Below, piece by piece: positions 37,736 through 51,694 of a DNA stretch of 64,000 nt (the stretch's first letter is position 1; each line of letters starts with the position of its first letter). The notes under the pieces are model-generated. The model did not search any database. It worked only from the letters and a program-made list of their open reading frames with translations, and was not told where the DNA came from. Position numbers and translations under genes: made by a program. The stretch is from Mobula hypostoma. Taxonomy: Eukaryota. The stretch lies in NCBI RefSeq assembly GCF_963921235.1, contig NC_086097.1, positions 59,708,001-59,772,000 on the forward strand, read 5' to 3'.

Positions 37736-40700
37736 TGCCCCTTCTTCAAGTTCCTCCCTGATTTCTGAATTGACTTGCTTTTTTTTTCCCAAAGCAGTAT
37801 TGCTCTGCTGGCTGTTAAATGCTTCTTTCTTGTGAGAATATACTTATCCTCTTGACTGTAATACCCAAGCATCCCACAATCTTTGCACATTCTCTGCACT
37901 CTTGTCCTTTCTGAATGAACAGCAGTGAGTAACAGTGCTCTTTCATCTAGTAAATCTTTGTGGTTGACCTATGTGGAGTTTCTAGACCCTGTGGTCAGAT
38001 TATTGCCTGCTTGAAGGAAGAGAATCTTGTGCTTTATTCATTCTGGTCCATTATTATTGTGAACCAATGCACCATTGCCTATGTGGGCATGTACAAAGCA
38101 GAAAATGAAATTCAGGGTTTGTTATCTTTTGCATACAGGGCAAATAAAAAGTTTTTGAATAAATATACATTCAGGTTTTTCATTTATAATGTCATTGTCC
38201 TTACTGCCAATGCTATCATTGAGCTGAACCCATTCGGTATAGTTAAACACCTTTTGTAATCTTCATGTCCCACTACTTTCAGGAAACTTGCTTCCAGAAA
38301 GTAGGAAACTTCCTTTGTGGAAAGATAGTGCATTTCCCCCATTCCCCACTTGCTGCAGCAGCCGTTCGGTGGCCTCACTCTCAAAGCAAACTACTCTAAA
38401 ATGCATTAATTCTCCTACTGGATGTGCACGTGATCTTGGAATAGTTTCTCCCATTTCTTCCTCTTGGCATGGATATTGTAAAGTGATCCGCTGACGTAAG
38501 TTGATCAACAGTGCCCCAATCAGCAGTTTAAGGATGAGGAATAAACACCCATCTTCCAAAATGCTCTTGCAGGATCAGAATTTATTGATCCCTGCAGAGA
38601 TCTTGCCACAATACCAAAATGGTTTTGCCTCTTTTACTTTGTGGCCTGGAAATTAATTTCTATTTCCTCACCCATCAGTACTGTCCCCCATGAGAGACTG
38701 TGCTTCCTTTGCAAGGATACAAATGAAAGCCCAGGGTGCATTCTATCTCAGTCTTGGGACATCAGATACAAAGCTATTGGTGCACCCTGCCAACCTGTTG
38801 CATTAATATCTCCTGGGTTTGGGGAAGATTTTAATAAAACTGAACATTTAAAACATGTTAACTAAAGCCATCAAGCACTGAAGTGTGTTCTGTGCAAATG
38901 CTATAGCAGATTTAACATATTCTTTTACTGTAGAGAAAGAACAGAACAGTGTGCAGGTGTTGTACTTGCAAATGCCTCTGACAATCAAATCAGCTATCAG
39001 GTACAGAAACTGATGTTTTATAAAATATGCAGGCTTCAATGAAAAAGCATCAAAAGCTACCACCAACTTGATTTATTTTTCCTTCTCACCCCATTTATAT
39101 TCTAATGCATATATAATGACAGAACATTAATCATTTCTACAATGTTTTGTGAAGGAAACTATTCTAAAAGTGCTGCTGAAGAATACTTAAAATTTTCCAC
39201 ATAATGGCAGGTTCGGTTTATCTCTGAATTTTTATGCAAATATATTCAGCCATGCTAATTAATTCTCATAGTTATTCTAATATGTTAATACAAATTCATT
39301 CTGGGTATGTCAGGTAAGATCAAAGTATTTGGTTAAGAAATATTAAAAAAAAAGATCAGTTTCTAATGAGTTTCAGTGGGCAGCAATCAGAGCCAGTGTC
39401 ATCTTTATGAATGGTAATTTAAACTTTTTTAGTTGTTTACAATGAATCATACAATGATAGGTTATTTTAATCATAAGAAAGTTTTATTAAAGCAACCAAC
39501 AAAAGTAAGTACAAAAAAGTGTCTTATTAATGCATTTAGTGGTGAGGTATACCCGTGCCCCAATATGGTATGAGGACCTGTGAAATCTGGGCTGTAAACT
39601 CATTGCAACTCATCAATGTGGAGATGGAACCAATGGGCAAAAGTAGTAGTCAGCAGTCACATATGCAAAATTCATTACGGTCAACTCAGCCGCTGACTAA
39701 CTAATGAATCTCGGGATCCAGGAGCAGTCTTATGCAGATTCATTGCCTTCCTGGCTATTAATATATTGCCTAGTCCTTGAAGGAAGGAGGCACTAACATT
39801 TACCTTCAGTAAGACTTGAATTTTAGCCTAATATATTAAGCAATGATAATACTGTAATTGATACTTTTCCATTCAAATAATTTCTGGGGAAGTCTGATCA
39901 ATAGAGATCCTTCCTGGAATGTGAAGTTTGTTTGTCTTGTTTGACAATTGTCTAGGTTTTGTCAATACAATATAGAACTACAACATTTAAGAATATCAAA
40001 TTAATTTGAACAGGACCTCCCACCTACTTGTCTCACACATATCAAGCTGCAATACGAGCAAAATCTAATATATGCCCCAGAAAAGAACTGCTCAAGCATG
40101 AACATGATTATTAACCTATCACATGTGACAAGTGGATACACTGGCTTTGCAAGATGTAGATAAAACTGAATGTCATTGAAAACAGGAATAAAAACAAATG
40201 CCTCAAAGTGGAAATGCAGATAATGAAGGCAGAGGATGCCAACTGCTTTCATATGCGGTGCAAGGATATTTTAGATATTTTTATCATGATTTTATAATGA
40301 ATTACGTATATTCTAGTTAACTTGAACAAATGTTAATTTTCTATTTGTACTTTATCTAATTTAGTCATTGCTTGAAGCCACACAAGGTAGCAAAGTTCCT
40401 TGTCATTGTTCAGCTTCTGCTTACCGATAAGTATCATTTGGGAAACTCATATTTGATGTACTAATTCTCTGCCACACCACAGTTCAATGACATTATTAAG
40501 TTAATCACATGTATTCAACCATATATGTACTGGAATCTTTGAAACACTCTTTCACCTTTAAAGTTCTTCAACGGCAATGACTCAGGTGGTGGTAGCTATC
40601 CACAATCTCATCCCAGTGACCATGATAGTTTAAGTATGTACCAGATGTGTGGATGACATGCCATTTTTTAATATAATACAAGGAATACACATAGCAATCT

Positions 40701-41124
40701 AAAGTCATCCCATCCTGTCAAAGGGAATGTCATAGATATGAAAATATCTAAACAAAGAAGGAAATCGAGCTAAGAGCACAAAATCAGTGAAGAAAAGGTT
40801 ACCTCAAAGTCTGGGTTACCTCTGTGAGAAAGACAACCAGCTGAAAATAATATTTGATATAAGGTCCAGAAAAAACTGGAAACACAGCATATCAGGCATT
40901 AAGTTGAAAGAGAAACAAATATTTTGGATTGGAGATCTTTCATAAGTTATGACTACATTTCAACATTTTAGATTGGCGATCCTTCAAGATTTCTGACTAT
41001 TTTACCAGTATTAGGTTTTCATTTTAATTTTGCAGTATTTTCTTTTGATAAACTTTTGAAAGGGCACAGGAATTTCAAAGGATAAAATTCCATATATCTT
41101 GTGAATTAGTTAAGATGTTATTTT

Positions 41125-44100
41125 AAAAGGTTGAAAGAATACAGAGAAAATTGACAAAGATGTTGCCAGGACTGGAGGACCTGAATTATAAGGAAAGATT
41201 CGATGCGTTAGGACTTTACTCTTTGGAACGTAGAAAATTGAGGGAAAATTTGATAGAGGTATATAAAATTATGAGGCATGTGGATTAGGTAAATGCAAGC
41301 AGGCATTTTCCATTGAAGTTGCGTGGGACTACAACTAGAGGTCATGAGTTAAGACCTTAAGATCATAAGACATAGGAGCAGAATTAGGCCTTTTGGCCCA
41401 TCGAGTCTGCACCGCCATTCAATCATGGCTGGTCCTTTTTTTCTATCTCCTCCTCAACCCCAGTTCCTGGCCTTCTCCCTGTAACCTTTGATGCCATGTC
41501 CAATCAAGAACCTATCAATCTCTGCCTTAAGTACACACAACAACCTGGCCTCCACAGCTGCATGTGACAACAAATTCCACAAATTCATCACCTTTTTGCT
41601 AAAGAAATTTCTCTGCATCTCTGTTTTGAAAGGGTGCCTTCTATCCTGAGGCTGTGCCCTCTTGTCCTAGACTCTCCGACCATGGGAAACATCTTTTGCA
41701 CATTTATTCTTTCTAGGCCTTTCAACATTCGAAAGGTTTCAATGAGATCCGTCCTCATCCTTCTGAATTCCAGTGAGTACAGACTCAGAGCCATCAAATG
41801 TTCCTTGTACGATAACACTTTCATTCCTGGAATTACCCTTGGGAACCTCGTCTCAACCCTCTCCAATGCCAGCACATCTTTCCTAAGATGAGGGGCTCAA
41901 AACTGTTCACAATACTCAAGGTGAAGCCTCACCAGTGCCTCAACATCACATCCTTGCTCTTGTATTCTGGACCTCTTGAAATGAATGCTAACGTAGCATT
42001 TGCATTCCTCAACACTGACTCAACCTGCAAGTTACCCTTCAGGGTGTTTTGCATAAGAAGTCCCCTCTGCATCTCAGATTCCTGGATTTTCTCCCCTTTT
42101 AGAAAATAGTCCGTACATTTATTTCTACTACCAAAGTGCATGACCTTGTATTTTCCAACATTGTATTTGATTTGCCACTTTCTTGCCCATTCTCCTAATC
42201 TGTCTAAATCCTGAATCCTACCTGTTTCCTCAACACTACCTGCCCCTCAACTAATCTTCATATCATCTGTAAACTTGGCAACAAAGCTATCTATTCCATC
42301 ATCTAAATCATTTATATACAGCATAAAAAGAAGTGGTCCCAACACCAACCCCTGCAGAACACCACTAGTCACTGGCAGCCAACCAGAAAAGGATCCTTTT
42401 ATTCCCACTCGCTGCCTCCTATCAATCAGCCAATGCTGTAACCATGTTAGTAACTTCCCTGTAATACCATGGGCTCTTATCTTGGTAAGCAGCCTCATGT
42501 GGTACCTTGTCAAAGCCTTCTGAATGTCCAAATATACAACATCCACTGCATCTCCTTTATCCATTCTACTTGTAATCTCCTCAAAGAATTCCAACATGTT
42601 TGTCAGGCAAGATTTTCCCTGAAGGAAACCATGCTGACTTTGTTCTATCTTGTCCTGTGACACCAAGTACTCCATCACCTCAACCTTAAAAATTGACTCA
42701 AATATCTTCCCAACTACTGAGGCAGGCTAACTGGTCTATAATTTCTTTTCTGCTGCCTTCCTCTTTTCTTAAAGAGTGGAGTGACATTTTGCAATTTTCC
42801 AGTCCTCTGGCACCATGCAGACTCCAATGTTTTTTGAAAGATCATTTCTAATGCCCACCACAATCACTAACACTACCTCTTCAGAACCCTAGGGTGAGGT
42901 TCCTCTGACCTGGGTGACTTATGTAGCTTTAGTTCTTTTAGCTTCTTGAGCACTTTCTTTCTTGTAACGGTAATAGTACCCACTCCTCTTCCTTCACACA
43001 CTACAACATCAGGCACACTGCTAGTGTCCTCCACAGTGAAGACTGATGCAAAATACTCGTTTAGTTCATCAGCCATCTCCTTGTCTTCCGTTGTTGTTTC
43101 TCCTGCCTCATTTTCTAGCAGTCCTATATCCACTCTCATTTCTTTTTTATTTTTAACATACTTGAAAAAACCTTTACTATCCACCATTTATTATTTGCTA
43201 ACTTGCTTTCATATTTCATCTTTTCCCTTCTAATAATTGTTTTAGTTGCTCTCTGTAGGTTTTTAAAAACTTCCCAGTCCTCTATCTTCCCACTAATTTT
43301 TGTTTTGTTGTATGCCCTTTATTTTGCTTTTACAATAGCTTTGACTTCCCTTGTCAGCCACGGTTGTACTATTTTACCATTTGAGTATTTCTTCATTTTT
43401 GGAATACACATGTCCTGCACTTTCCTCATTTCTCCCAGAAACGCAAGCCATTACTGCTCTGCTGACATCCTGGCCAGCAGCTTCTTCCAATTTACTTTGG
43501 CCAACTCCTCCCTCATACCACTGTAATTTCCCTTACTCCACTGAAATACTGCTACATCAGACTTTACTTTCTCCCTGTCAAATTTCAAGTTGAACACAAT
43601 CATATTGTGATCACTGGTTCCAAAGAGTTCCTTTACCTGAAGTTCCCTAATCGCTTACGGTTCATTACATAACACTTAATCCAAAATAACTGATCTCTTA
43701 GCAGGCTCAATGACAAACTGCTCTAAAAAACTGTCTCTTAGGCATTCAACAAACTCACTCTCTTGAGATTCATTACCAACCTAATTTTCCCAGTTGACCT
43801 GCATGTTAAAATCTCCCATGACTACCATAACAATGCCCTTTTGACTCACCTTTTCTATTTCCTTTTGTAGCCTGTGGTCCACCTCCCAGCCACTGTTTGG
43901 AGGCCTGTATGTAACTGCCATCAATATCTTTTTACGCTTGCAGTTTCTTAACTCAACCCACAAAGATTCAACATCTTCCGATCCTATGTCATATCTTTCT
44001 ACTGATTTGATGCCATTCTTTACCAGTAGAGCCACATCACCCCCTCTGCCTACCCCTCTATCCCTCTGTTATAACTTGTAACCTTGGACATTCAGCTCCC

Positions 44101-44990
44101 AACTACAACCACCCCTCAGGCATGGTTCAGTGATGGCCATAACATCATACCTGGCAATCAGTAATATTGCAACAAGATCAGCCACCTTATTTCTTATACT
44201 ATGTGCACTTAGATACAATACCTTGAGTACCGTATTTGCTATCTGTTCTGACTCTGCATCCCTAATGATTTGATACTCAGTCTGTTTGTTGCAACCAAGT
44301 CCTACCACCTGCCTTCCCTTCCTGATAATCTGACTGTACGCTATCTTTAATTTTTTACCATCTGTCTTTTCCTGAGTCCCTTCACTCTGGTTCCCAACCC
44401 CCTGCCAGGTTAGTTTAAACCCTCCCCAGCAGCTCTAACAAACCTGCCCTCGAGAATATTGGTCCCCCTCAGGTTCAGGTGCAACCCATCACTTTTGAAC
44501 AGGTCGTACCTCCCCCAGAAGAGATCCCAATTATCCAAAAACCTGAAGCCCTGTCCCCTCCACCAGCTTCTCAGCCACGCATTTATCTGCCAAATCATCC
44601 TGTTCCTACCCCCACTGGCGCGTGGCACAGGCAGCAATCCAGAAATTACTGCATGGGACGTCCTGCTTCTCAGCTTTCTACCTAGCTCTCTAAACTCTCT
44701 TTTCAGGACCTCTTTGCTTTTCCTCCCTAAGGATTAAAGGTGAAAAGTTTAAGAGGAACATGAGGGGAAACTTCTTCACTCAGGTGGTCATGACAGTGTG
44801 AAGTGAGCTACCAGTGCAAGAGGTGCATGTGAACATGATTTCAACATTTAAGAGAAGTTTTGATAGTAGGGTTATTGAGGGCTATGGTCCTGGTATAGGT
44901 CATTAGGAGTAGGCAGCTTAAATGGTTCAGCATGGAGTAGATGGGTCAAAGGACCTGTTTCTGCACCATACTTTTTTATGACTCTATAAG
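41125..44990 (+). mobile_element. CR1 3' fragment (host), split into 41125-41353 and 44728-44990
   Basis: ..ggtcatgagttaag | gattaaaggtgaaaagtttaag.. rejoin into a continuous CR1 3' sequence like that at 20160-20650. Confidence 0.85.
41354..44727 (-). mobile_element. CR1 LINE nested in CR1 (ORF1 end plus disrupted ORF2)
   Basis: FLDNWDLFWGR..DGLHLN (SGNH), VMGDFN, SGVLQGLVLGP, FTDD; 8-bp repeat tail; taag TSD. Confidence 0.92.
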
Positions 44991-45619
44991 AAAAAAAGAA
45001 CTTACCAGGAGCCTAATCATCATAATTCATCAGCTCTTCCATCCTGTGTAAATATAGCCCAGTTCTAATGTTTGTCTACATACAAGTCCCACTTTCAAGC
45101 ATGTGGATGTTGAATGTGCTGTCACCTTCTGCTGTTATGCACTACTGAACATTTTGCAAAGTCCTATGGGATTGTGCAAACCTGCACATACGTCCCAAGA
45201 TGCAACATATGACCCTGTTGCCCATTCAAATGAATGGAAGGAATTGCCTGCCAGGGGAAGATAAATGCAGTTTTTATTTTTAGTTACACAATTTTCAGTG
45301 TCTTAAAAATAAATGGTTTGCATCCCAAGAGCAGACAGCCAATAGAAGGCCACCACCCTCAGCGTTTCTGACTATTTTGGAGCTCAGTGTTTTTAAACTG
45401 GCTGCTGTGCTTTCTACATTATAACATTAACACGTACTTCACTCACTGTAAAGCAACTTGGGGTATGCCAGGCATTATTAAAATGCAAGTCTCACTTTCA
45501 TTTTACCCTAAAGTAATGGACATTGAACTGAAACATTTTCAGAAACATATCTTGAGCAATTCCATTAGTTTGTAGTAATGGTGAAATGGAGCCAGTGGAT
45601 TTTTCACCAAAGGTGGTGG

Positions 45620-45925
45620 ATCTGGCACGGTGGCCTCACCGGCACCAGAACCTTGGGTTTAATCATAGACTACGTGGACATCATACGTTCTACAAGCAGG
45701 TTCTTTACTGGAAACTCCACTTTCCTCCTATCTCATAAAAAACACACGGCTTGGTAGGTTAATTTGCTACTACATATTGTCCCTAGTGTGTAGGTGGAAT
45801 GCTAGGGGGAATGTAGAAGAATAAAATCAATTAGGATAGGATTACAGTAAAGATGGTGATTTCTACTCAGGCCAAACTCGATGAATTGAAAGGTCTAATT
45901 TCATGCTGTATGACTTTATGATTAA
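45620..45925 (+). mobile_element. V-SINE (HE1-like), decayed
   Basis: ggcacggtgg head, V-domain ctccactttcctcc..ggtaggttaatt, CR1-like tail gctgtatgactttatga. Confidence 0.6.
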
Positions 45926-48425
45926 AATTGCCTAATAACCATTGATTTTTTTTCACCTATTTATTGCTTTCTCTTTTACAGTTTTTTGTGGATTCAGTAA
46001 TATTTTAGGCAAATTAGATCACTGTATTCCTTCAAATAATATACAACATTATATTTGTGTCATTGTTACAATCATCTTGTGTTTGCGGCACCCAACTTTA
46101 CTGATGCATGCTGGATGCAAGGTGTTATTCACATGCAAAGACACATGTGAATATAATATATTATATTATTTTTACTAATATATTTCCAGAAATAAACTGA
46201 TGTTATCATACAAGAAAGCACAATTAAGTTGTCAGCCTTCATAGGAGATGGCAAATCAATTGATCAATCAGTGATATGAAAATTTGTCTCTTAAAATGTC
46301 AAACTGATTTTTACAGAAGGCAAATATTCATCATAAAATATCCCCAAAACAATGATTAACAGCACCACCTGATTATTTTTCAGAAGCTCGAAATCCTATC
46401 CAATAATTATGTTTTAAGCTTACACTTTCTCGTATTATTTGGTAACATCCATCCACAGGGGACATTCTTCCTGAATTTGTTTTTGGCCTAGAACTCACCT
46501 AAGCTTGTACATTATTTAAATAGAAGTGAACTAGTTTAGTTGTTGATGCTTATATTAAGAAATTAGGCATAACTTATCTCAGAACTGCATAACTGATCAA
46601 TATTTAACATCTGGCACTTGTCAGATGATGATTTTAAATGCATCTCCATGCAGTGAAATACTGCATGGTGCTAAACTAATATTTAATTATAAACTTATTT
46701 TCAAAGCAGTAGCAATTAATGATTTGTATACCCACTCAGATCTCCAGAGGTTTGCAAGTTTAGACTTAGTAAAATATTCAAATTTTAGAATATGCACCCT
46801 GTGAAAACTATATTTGTATTTTAGGTAGATGGTGGCAAAGTCCAGTCAGCCAGCAGCTGTGCCTATAATGAGCTCAGCATTCCAAGTCTGACTGGAATTA
46901 TCTCGAGATAGTGTAAAAGGCTCCACTGAAAGCTATGAATGCATTAATGACAATCAAAATATTATGATTTAATTCTAGAAAATTATCTATATATAAATAT
47001 CATGTATTTAAATACATATTAAGTGAAAAGACAACACCGGAATAAATAGTGAGATGGCGTTTATAGCTAATATAGGTGATTGGAATGATTGCTTTGCAAG
47101 GTCTCCGTTGCTTTATTTGCATTTATATTATGACAGTTCTCGGTAGGTTCAAAGGCATGTCACTATATTCGTGTTTATATACAGTATCTGATTAATGTCT
47201 TCAGTTTTCACTTTTTCTCAGCACAATGGAGAAAATGCTACAGGTTTTATGGTTTCTCTGTAGTATCAGAACATGAATATCCAGCTGTAATGTTTCCTAT
47301 GCATGATTTAGTGATGGTGTAACCCCCGCATCTTGAGGTTAATCCACAGCCTGTAACTACATTCATGATGAGATATTGCTCCTCATTTCTGAGGTTTAAG
47401 GAAGAGGATGTCAGGTTTTAGCACAGTTGGATTTCCTGGCTTTTGCTTGTTTCTAAGGTAAAACACTTGAGGTATAATTGCTTGCTTTAGTAGTTTAGGC
47501 AAATACAATGAAGTGCGAGATGGTACACCAGATTACCTTAGAATTAAAACAAGTAAACAAAACTTAATTTCAAAGTAACAAACTTGTGTTATATTAATAT
47601 GTAATCTAGATACTGTATTTTAATCTGGCCAACAACAAGTCCCTAATTCTAAATTGAAGGAATGAAGTGATTATGTCAAGGAAAATTATGTGACAAAATA
47701 CAAAACTCATCGCTGAGTTGGGGTGTTTGATCTCAATTTATCTGAATTAATTAATTTTTGACTCCTGCATTTTGTATCTTGAAGATATTGAATGATTGTG
47801 ATATGGCCTCAATTATATTTAAAGAGGCAATACATGTAAGATTGATACTTGTAGGAAAAATGGAGGGCTGTGGAATGTGTAGGAGGAAAGGGTTTGACTG
47901 AGTGTGGGTTAACTTTATGGAGGTTGGCACAATAGTCACGGGCCATAGGACCCAGACCGTACTGCACTGTTCTATATCCGCTGTTAAATTATGTGTGTGT
48001 AGGGAACTATGAAGAATTTATTTATATCATGTGAAACAACTCTAACGTGTTGTTGTACCATACACTGCTGTTTTAGTTGACAGTTATTACCTTTGATAAT
48101 TGGTTTATAGGTTTACATCTGTCTAATTGCGTATACTTGCAGCAAGGCAGAGCACCCCACAGAGGTTGAGGTGTTGCAGCTTGAGGAAAGGGGAGGTTAG
48201 AGATTTATTATCAGGGTAAGAGGGAACTGGTTTCTCTTACTTAAGCGGAGATGTTGTGAGCCTATAGACATACTTGATACAAGGGTTCTTGAGCGGTATG
48301 AACAGACTCAAGCCTCAACCTGGTGTATGGACTTTATGAAGTTCATCAATAAGGCAAACACTTGTTGAGGTCATGGGAGAGAAGGTGGAACAGAGGAACA
48401 TGACTTTGTGCAAAGAGAAATAAGC

Positions 48426-49290
48426 TGATTATAGTGGATTTAATATCTCAGTAATATTGAAGCAATATTGTAAATATATAGTTTGATTAAGCATTCTTTC
48501 TTTGTTTACATAATACATTTACGTTATAAGTAGAGAGTACGTGAATGGCATACTGTAATTCATTACACCACCATGTCATATGTGAGCACCTCACCAAAGA
48601 AAGGAAACTAAGTACAGTACACAAGTATCCCCAGCTCCCACTTTTTCTTTTGATACGGTTCTGTAGCTACAAAACATAACACTGATGTCTGTGATAGATT
48701 TAGAGTCGTGAAATAACTGATGAATCTCTAGTGCCACAGACTAACTCTCAGAGAATTTTCAGGGTGTAGTATAAATTTTAAAGGGATATTTCAGTCTAAT
48801 GGTATTGAAAATATTTAAGGAAATTCAGGTGAACTGATATCATATGAACAGCTGGTGAAGATGTGGCACATAAGGATATGAAACAGCTTTGCTTGGAGTT
48901 AGATTCTGAGATACTAGCAATGACCAGGTTCATAGAGTCAGTAATGCCAGTGTAATCCTCTTCATCAAGAGCAATCACTTGGACAAGCTGATACAGAGAC
49001 CAACATGGTACCTGAGTAAAGAAGGACATAAATTTTGCATTGCATGATGAAGATGGCAAGTAGTTTTGCCACAGCAGCTCTGCGAAATACCTGGCCTCAA
49101 AATGCTAATTCAAGATGTGGACTGATTCAGTTGTCAGAGGACAGGTAACTTTACAGAAGCACTCAAGCCTGTAAACCCAAAGGTTGATAAAGAAAAGAAA
49201 CTAATTTCACAAGTATACCTGGCTCTCGTGTTTTAACTTTGATTAGTTTCTGGAGTTACAAAACATAACACTAATATCAATAAGAGATTT
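48426..49290 (+). mobile_element. Decayed LTR retroelement remnant
   Basis: Diverged ~90-bp direct repeats ending gctacaaaacataaca (48681) and gttacaaaacataaca (49270); decayed Cys-rich knuckle-like sequence near 49065-49150. Confidence 0.45.
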
Positions 49291-49314
49291 AGGGATGGTT
49301 CAGTAGCTCAGTGG

Positions 49315-49773
49315 TTCCATTTAATGTCAGAGAATGTATACAATACACAACCTGAAATTCTTACTTTTCACAGACATCCACAAAACAGAAGAATGAATGA
49401 CAGGAAAATGCTAGAACCCCAAAGCCCCCCCAACCCCCTCCCACACACAAGCAGGAGCAGAACATCAACGCTTCCTTCCCCCCCCCCACAGCACCCACTT
49501 GTTCTAACAGCAAGCCATCACCCACCACTCACCAAACAAGCAATAGCAAGCCCCCAAAAAGAGACCATGATTTGCAGTCCAACAAAAACTATTGTTCACC
49601 CGACAATTCAACATGCCACGGACTCTCTCTCTCACTAACAAGGGACAAAGAGGTGTCACCATTTCTACAGTGAGAGGTGGAGATCAACAGCTCGCTGTTT
49701 GATGTTACAATCTGAAGCAACACTTATTCGAGCTCGCTCAACTCAAAAATCAGCAGACACTCCCTTCCACCTC

Positions 49774-49815
<42 letters not shown>

Positions 49816-50170
49816 AGGATAATTCGAGTGCTGAGGCAGTCGACAACTGCATCCATTATCTTGATGTTCCGAACTCCATGACGTTCCAGTTGGCGACACT
49901 GGCGAGGAATTAAGTCGATCACAGGGGCTGCCAAGGCAGCACCCTAAAGATGCATGTCTTCTAGGCCATTCCTGGAAGTATTGAGAAACGGCCAATTGGT
50001 AAGCTCTAGAATTGGGAACTCACTGCTGTACACAACCGCAGTTTGAGTTCAGCTGTAGATCATGAACTATAACAGGACCCCAGCCACCTTGAAAAGGAAA
50101 AAAGACATATTAAAGAGAAGAATCTAAACTATTTCGCAGATGAACTCTGGCACTATCTTCTTTCCTCCCA
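49315..50170 (-). mobile_element. Probable non-autonomous retroelement containing a (GA)n microsatellite
   Basis: Minus 5' end gggaggaaagaagatagtgcc (aagatggcg-like), 3' end tgacattaaa; layout resembles 20930-21562. Confidence 0.4.
49778..49813. repeat. (GA)n microsatellite
   Basis: Uninterrupted GA run. Confidence 0.95.
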
Positions 50171-50896
50171 CTTTGATAAGTAATCTAGAAAGCAGAAAAG
50201 GTTCAACTCAAAACAAAAACAGAAAATACGAAAAACACTCAACAAGTCAGAAAGTATTGGTGGAAACAGATATCACGTTAGTATTTCAGGATGAAGTCTC
50301 TTTATCTGAAATTTTTGTTTTATTTCACAGGGGTTTTTATGAGCTGTGTTTGAGGAAATTGCCTTTTGCATCTAAACCAGTCCCTAGGTCTGGGTCCTGA
50401 AAGAAAAGCGTTGAACTCACAGTACAAATAGAACATTATGGTTCCCAGGAAATTTGGCACACAACTGCAAGAACTATCTCTCAGGTGTAAAGACTTTGGA
50501 AAAAAACATCCTTTGCAATTCTGAGAATTCCTGATTACTACAGCAGTGCCTGAGTTGTCAAGGATGGTAGTGGCATTGATATAGATCAGGTAAAAAGACA
50601 ACAGAGTTAAATGGAGATTCAAAAGAAAAGAAACTGACAGAGCAGACATTTTTGAAGAAGGGGGGCTGTAGAACTGTAGAACAGATAGGAAATGCTTCTG
50701 GTTCATCAAATATATTGTTGATGGAAGTGCAGCCTCCTCATACAAAGAGTGAGGAGAATGTGCAAAACTACAGTGGTTATTTAACATCCTCACAATTAAA
50801 AATAATCATTATCTTATTAATAGTACCTGTACATGTGGTTAGACCCTGGTTAGGCCTCACTTAGAGTATTGAGTGGAGGTCTGTTTGCCACATTAA

Positions 50897-51500
50897 GAAC
50901 ATAGAAAAGTACAGCACAGGAACAGTTTTTTCTCACCCATGATGTTATGCCAAACTAATTAAACCAGTAATTAAATAGCTAATTAGACTAATCCCTTCTG
51001 CCTACACATAGTCCCTATCCCTCTATTCTCTGCATATTCATGTGCCTATCTAAAATAACCTCTCTATTATATTTGCCTCCACCACCACCCCTGGCAAGCA
51101 TTCTAGGCAGCACCTGTTCCTGTGTAACAGAACTTGCAACACACATCTATGAATATTCCCCCTCTCATCTTAAAGCATGCTTTCTAGTACAAGACATTTG
51201 AACGCTGGGGTAAAGATACTGGGTAGCTACTATATTCATGTGTCTCAGAAGTTTACACATTTCTATCAGGTCTCCCCTTAGACTCTAACATTCCAGGAAT
51301 AAAACAACCCAACTCTATCCATCCTCTTATTGCACAAATCCTGGCAGCAATCTGATAAACCTCTTATGCAGCCCCTCCAAATCTTCACATTGTTCCAATA
51401 ATGGGGTGACCAGAAATGATTGCAATACTCCATATGCAGCCTAACCTGAGTTTTATAAACCTGGACATCTCTTAGTGACATGATAGATAAGAGAAGCATT
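50897..51500 (-). mobile_element. CR1 3' fragment
   Basis: YKTQVRLHMEYCNHFWSPHY; tail agaacatagaaaagtacagcac on +. Confidence 0.8.
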
Positions 51501-51656
51501 CCATGCACAGAAGTATGTGGTTGTACAGAATAGAATCTAAAGGAGATTTATCAGGATGCAAACAAGAGGAATTCAGCAGATGCTGGAAATTCAAGCAACA
51601 CACATCAAAGTTGCTGGTGAACGCAGCAGGCCAGGCAGCATCTCTAGGAAGAGGTA

Positions 51657-51694
51657 CAGTCAATGTTTCAGGCCGAGACCCTTCGTCAGGACTA
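51657..51694 (-). ncRNA. Hammerhead ribozyme motif at the PLE 3' terminus
   Basis: tagtcCTGACGAagggtctcggcctGAAAcattgactg; core boxes intact, helix III altered by apparent CpG decay. Confidence 0.7.
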
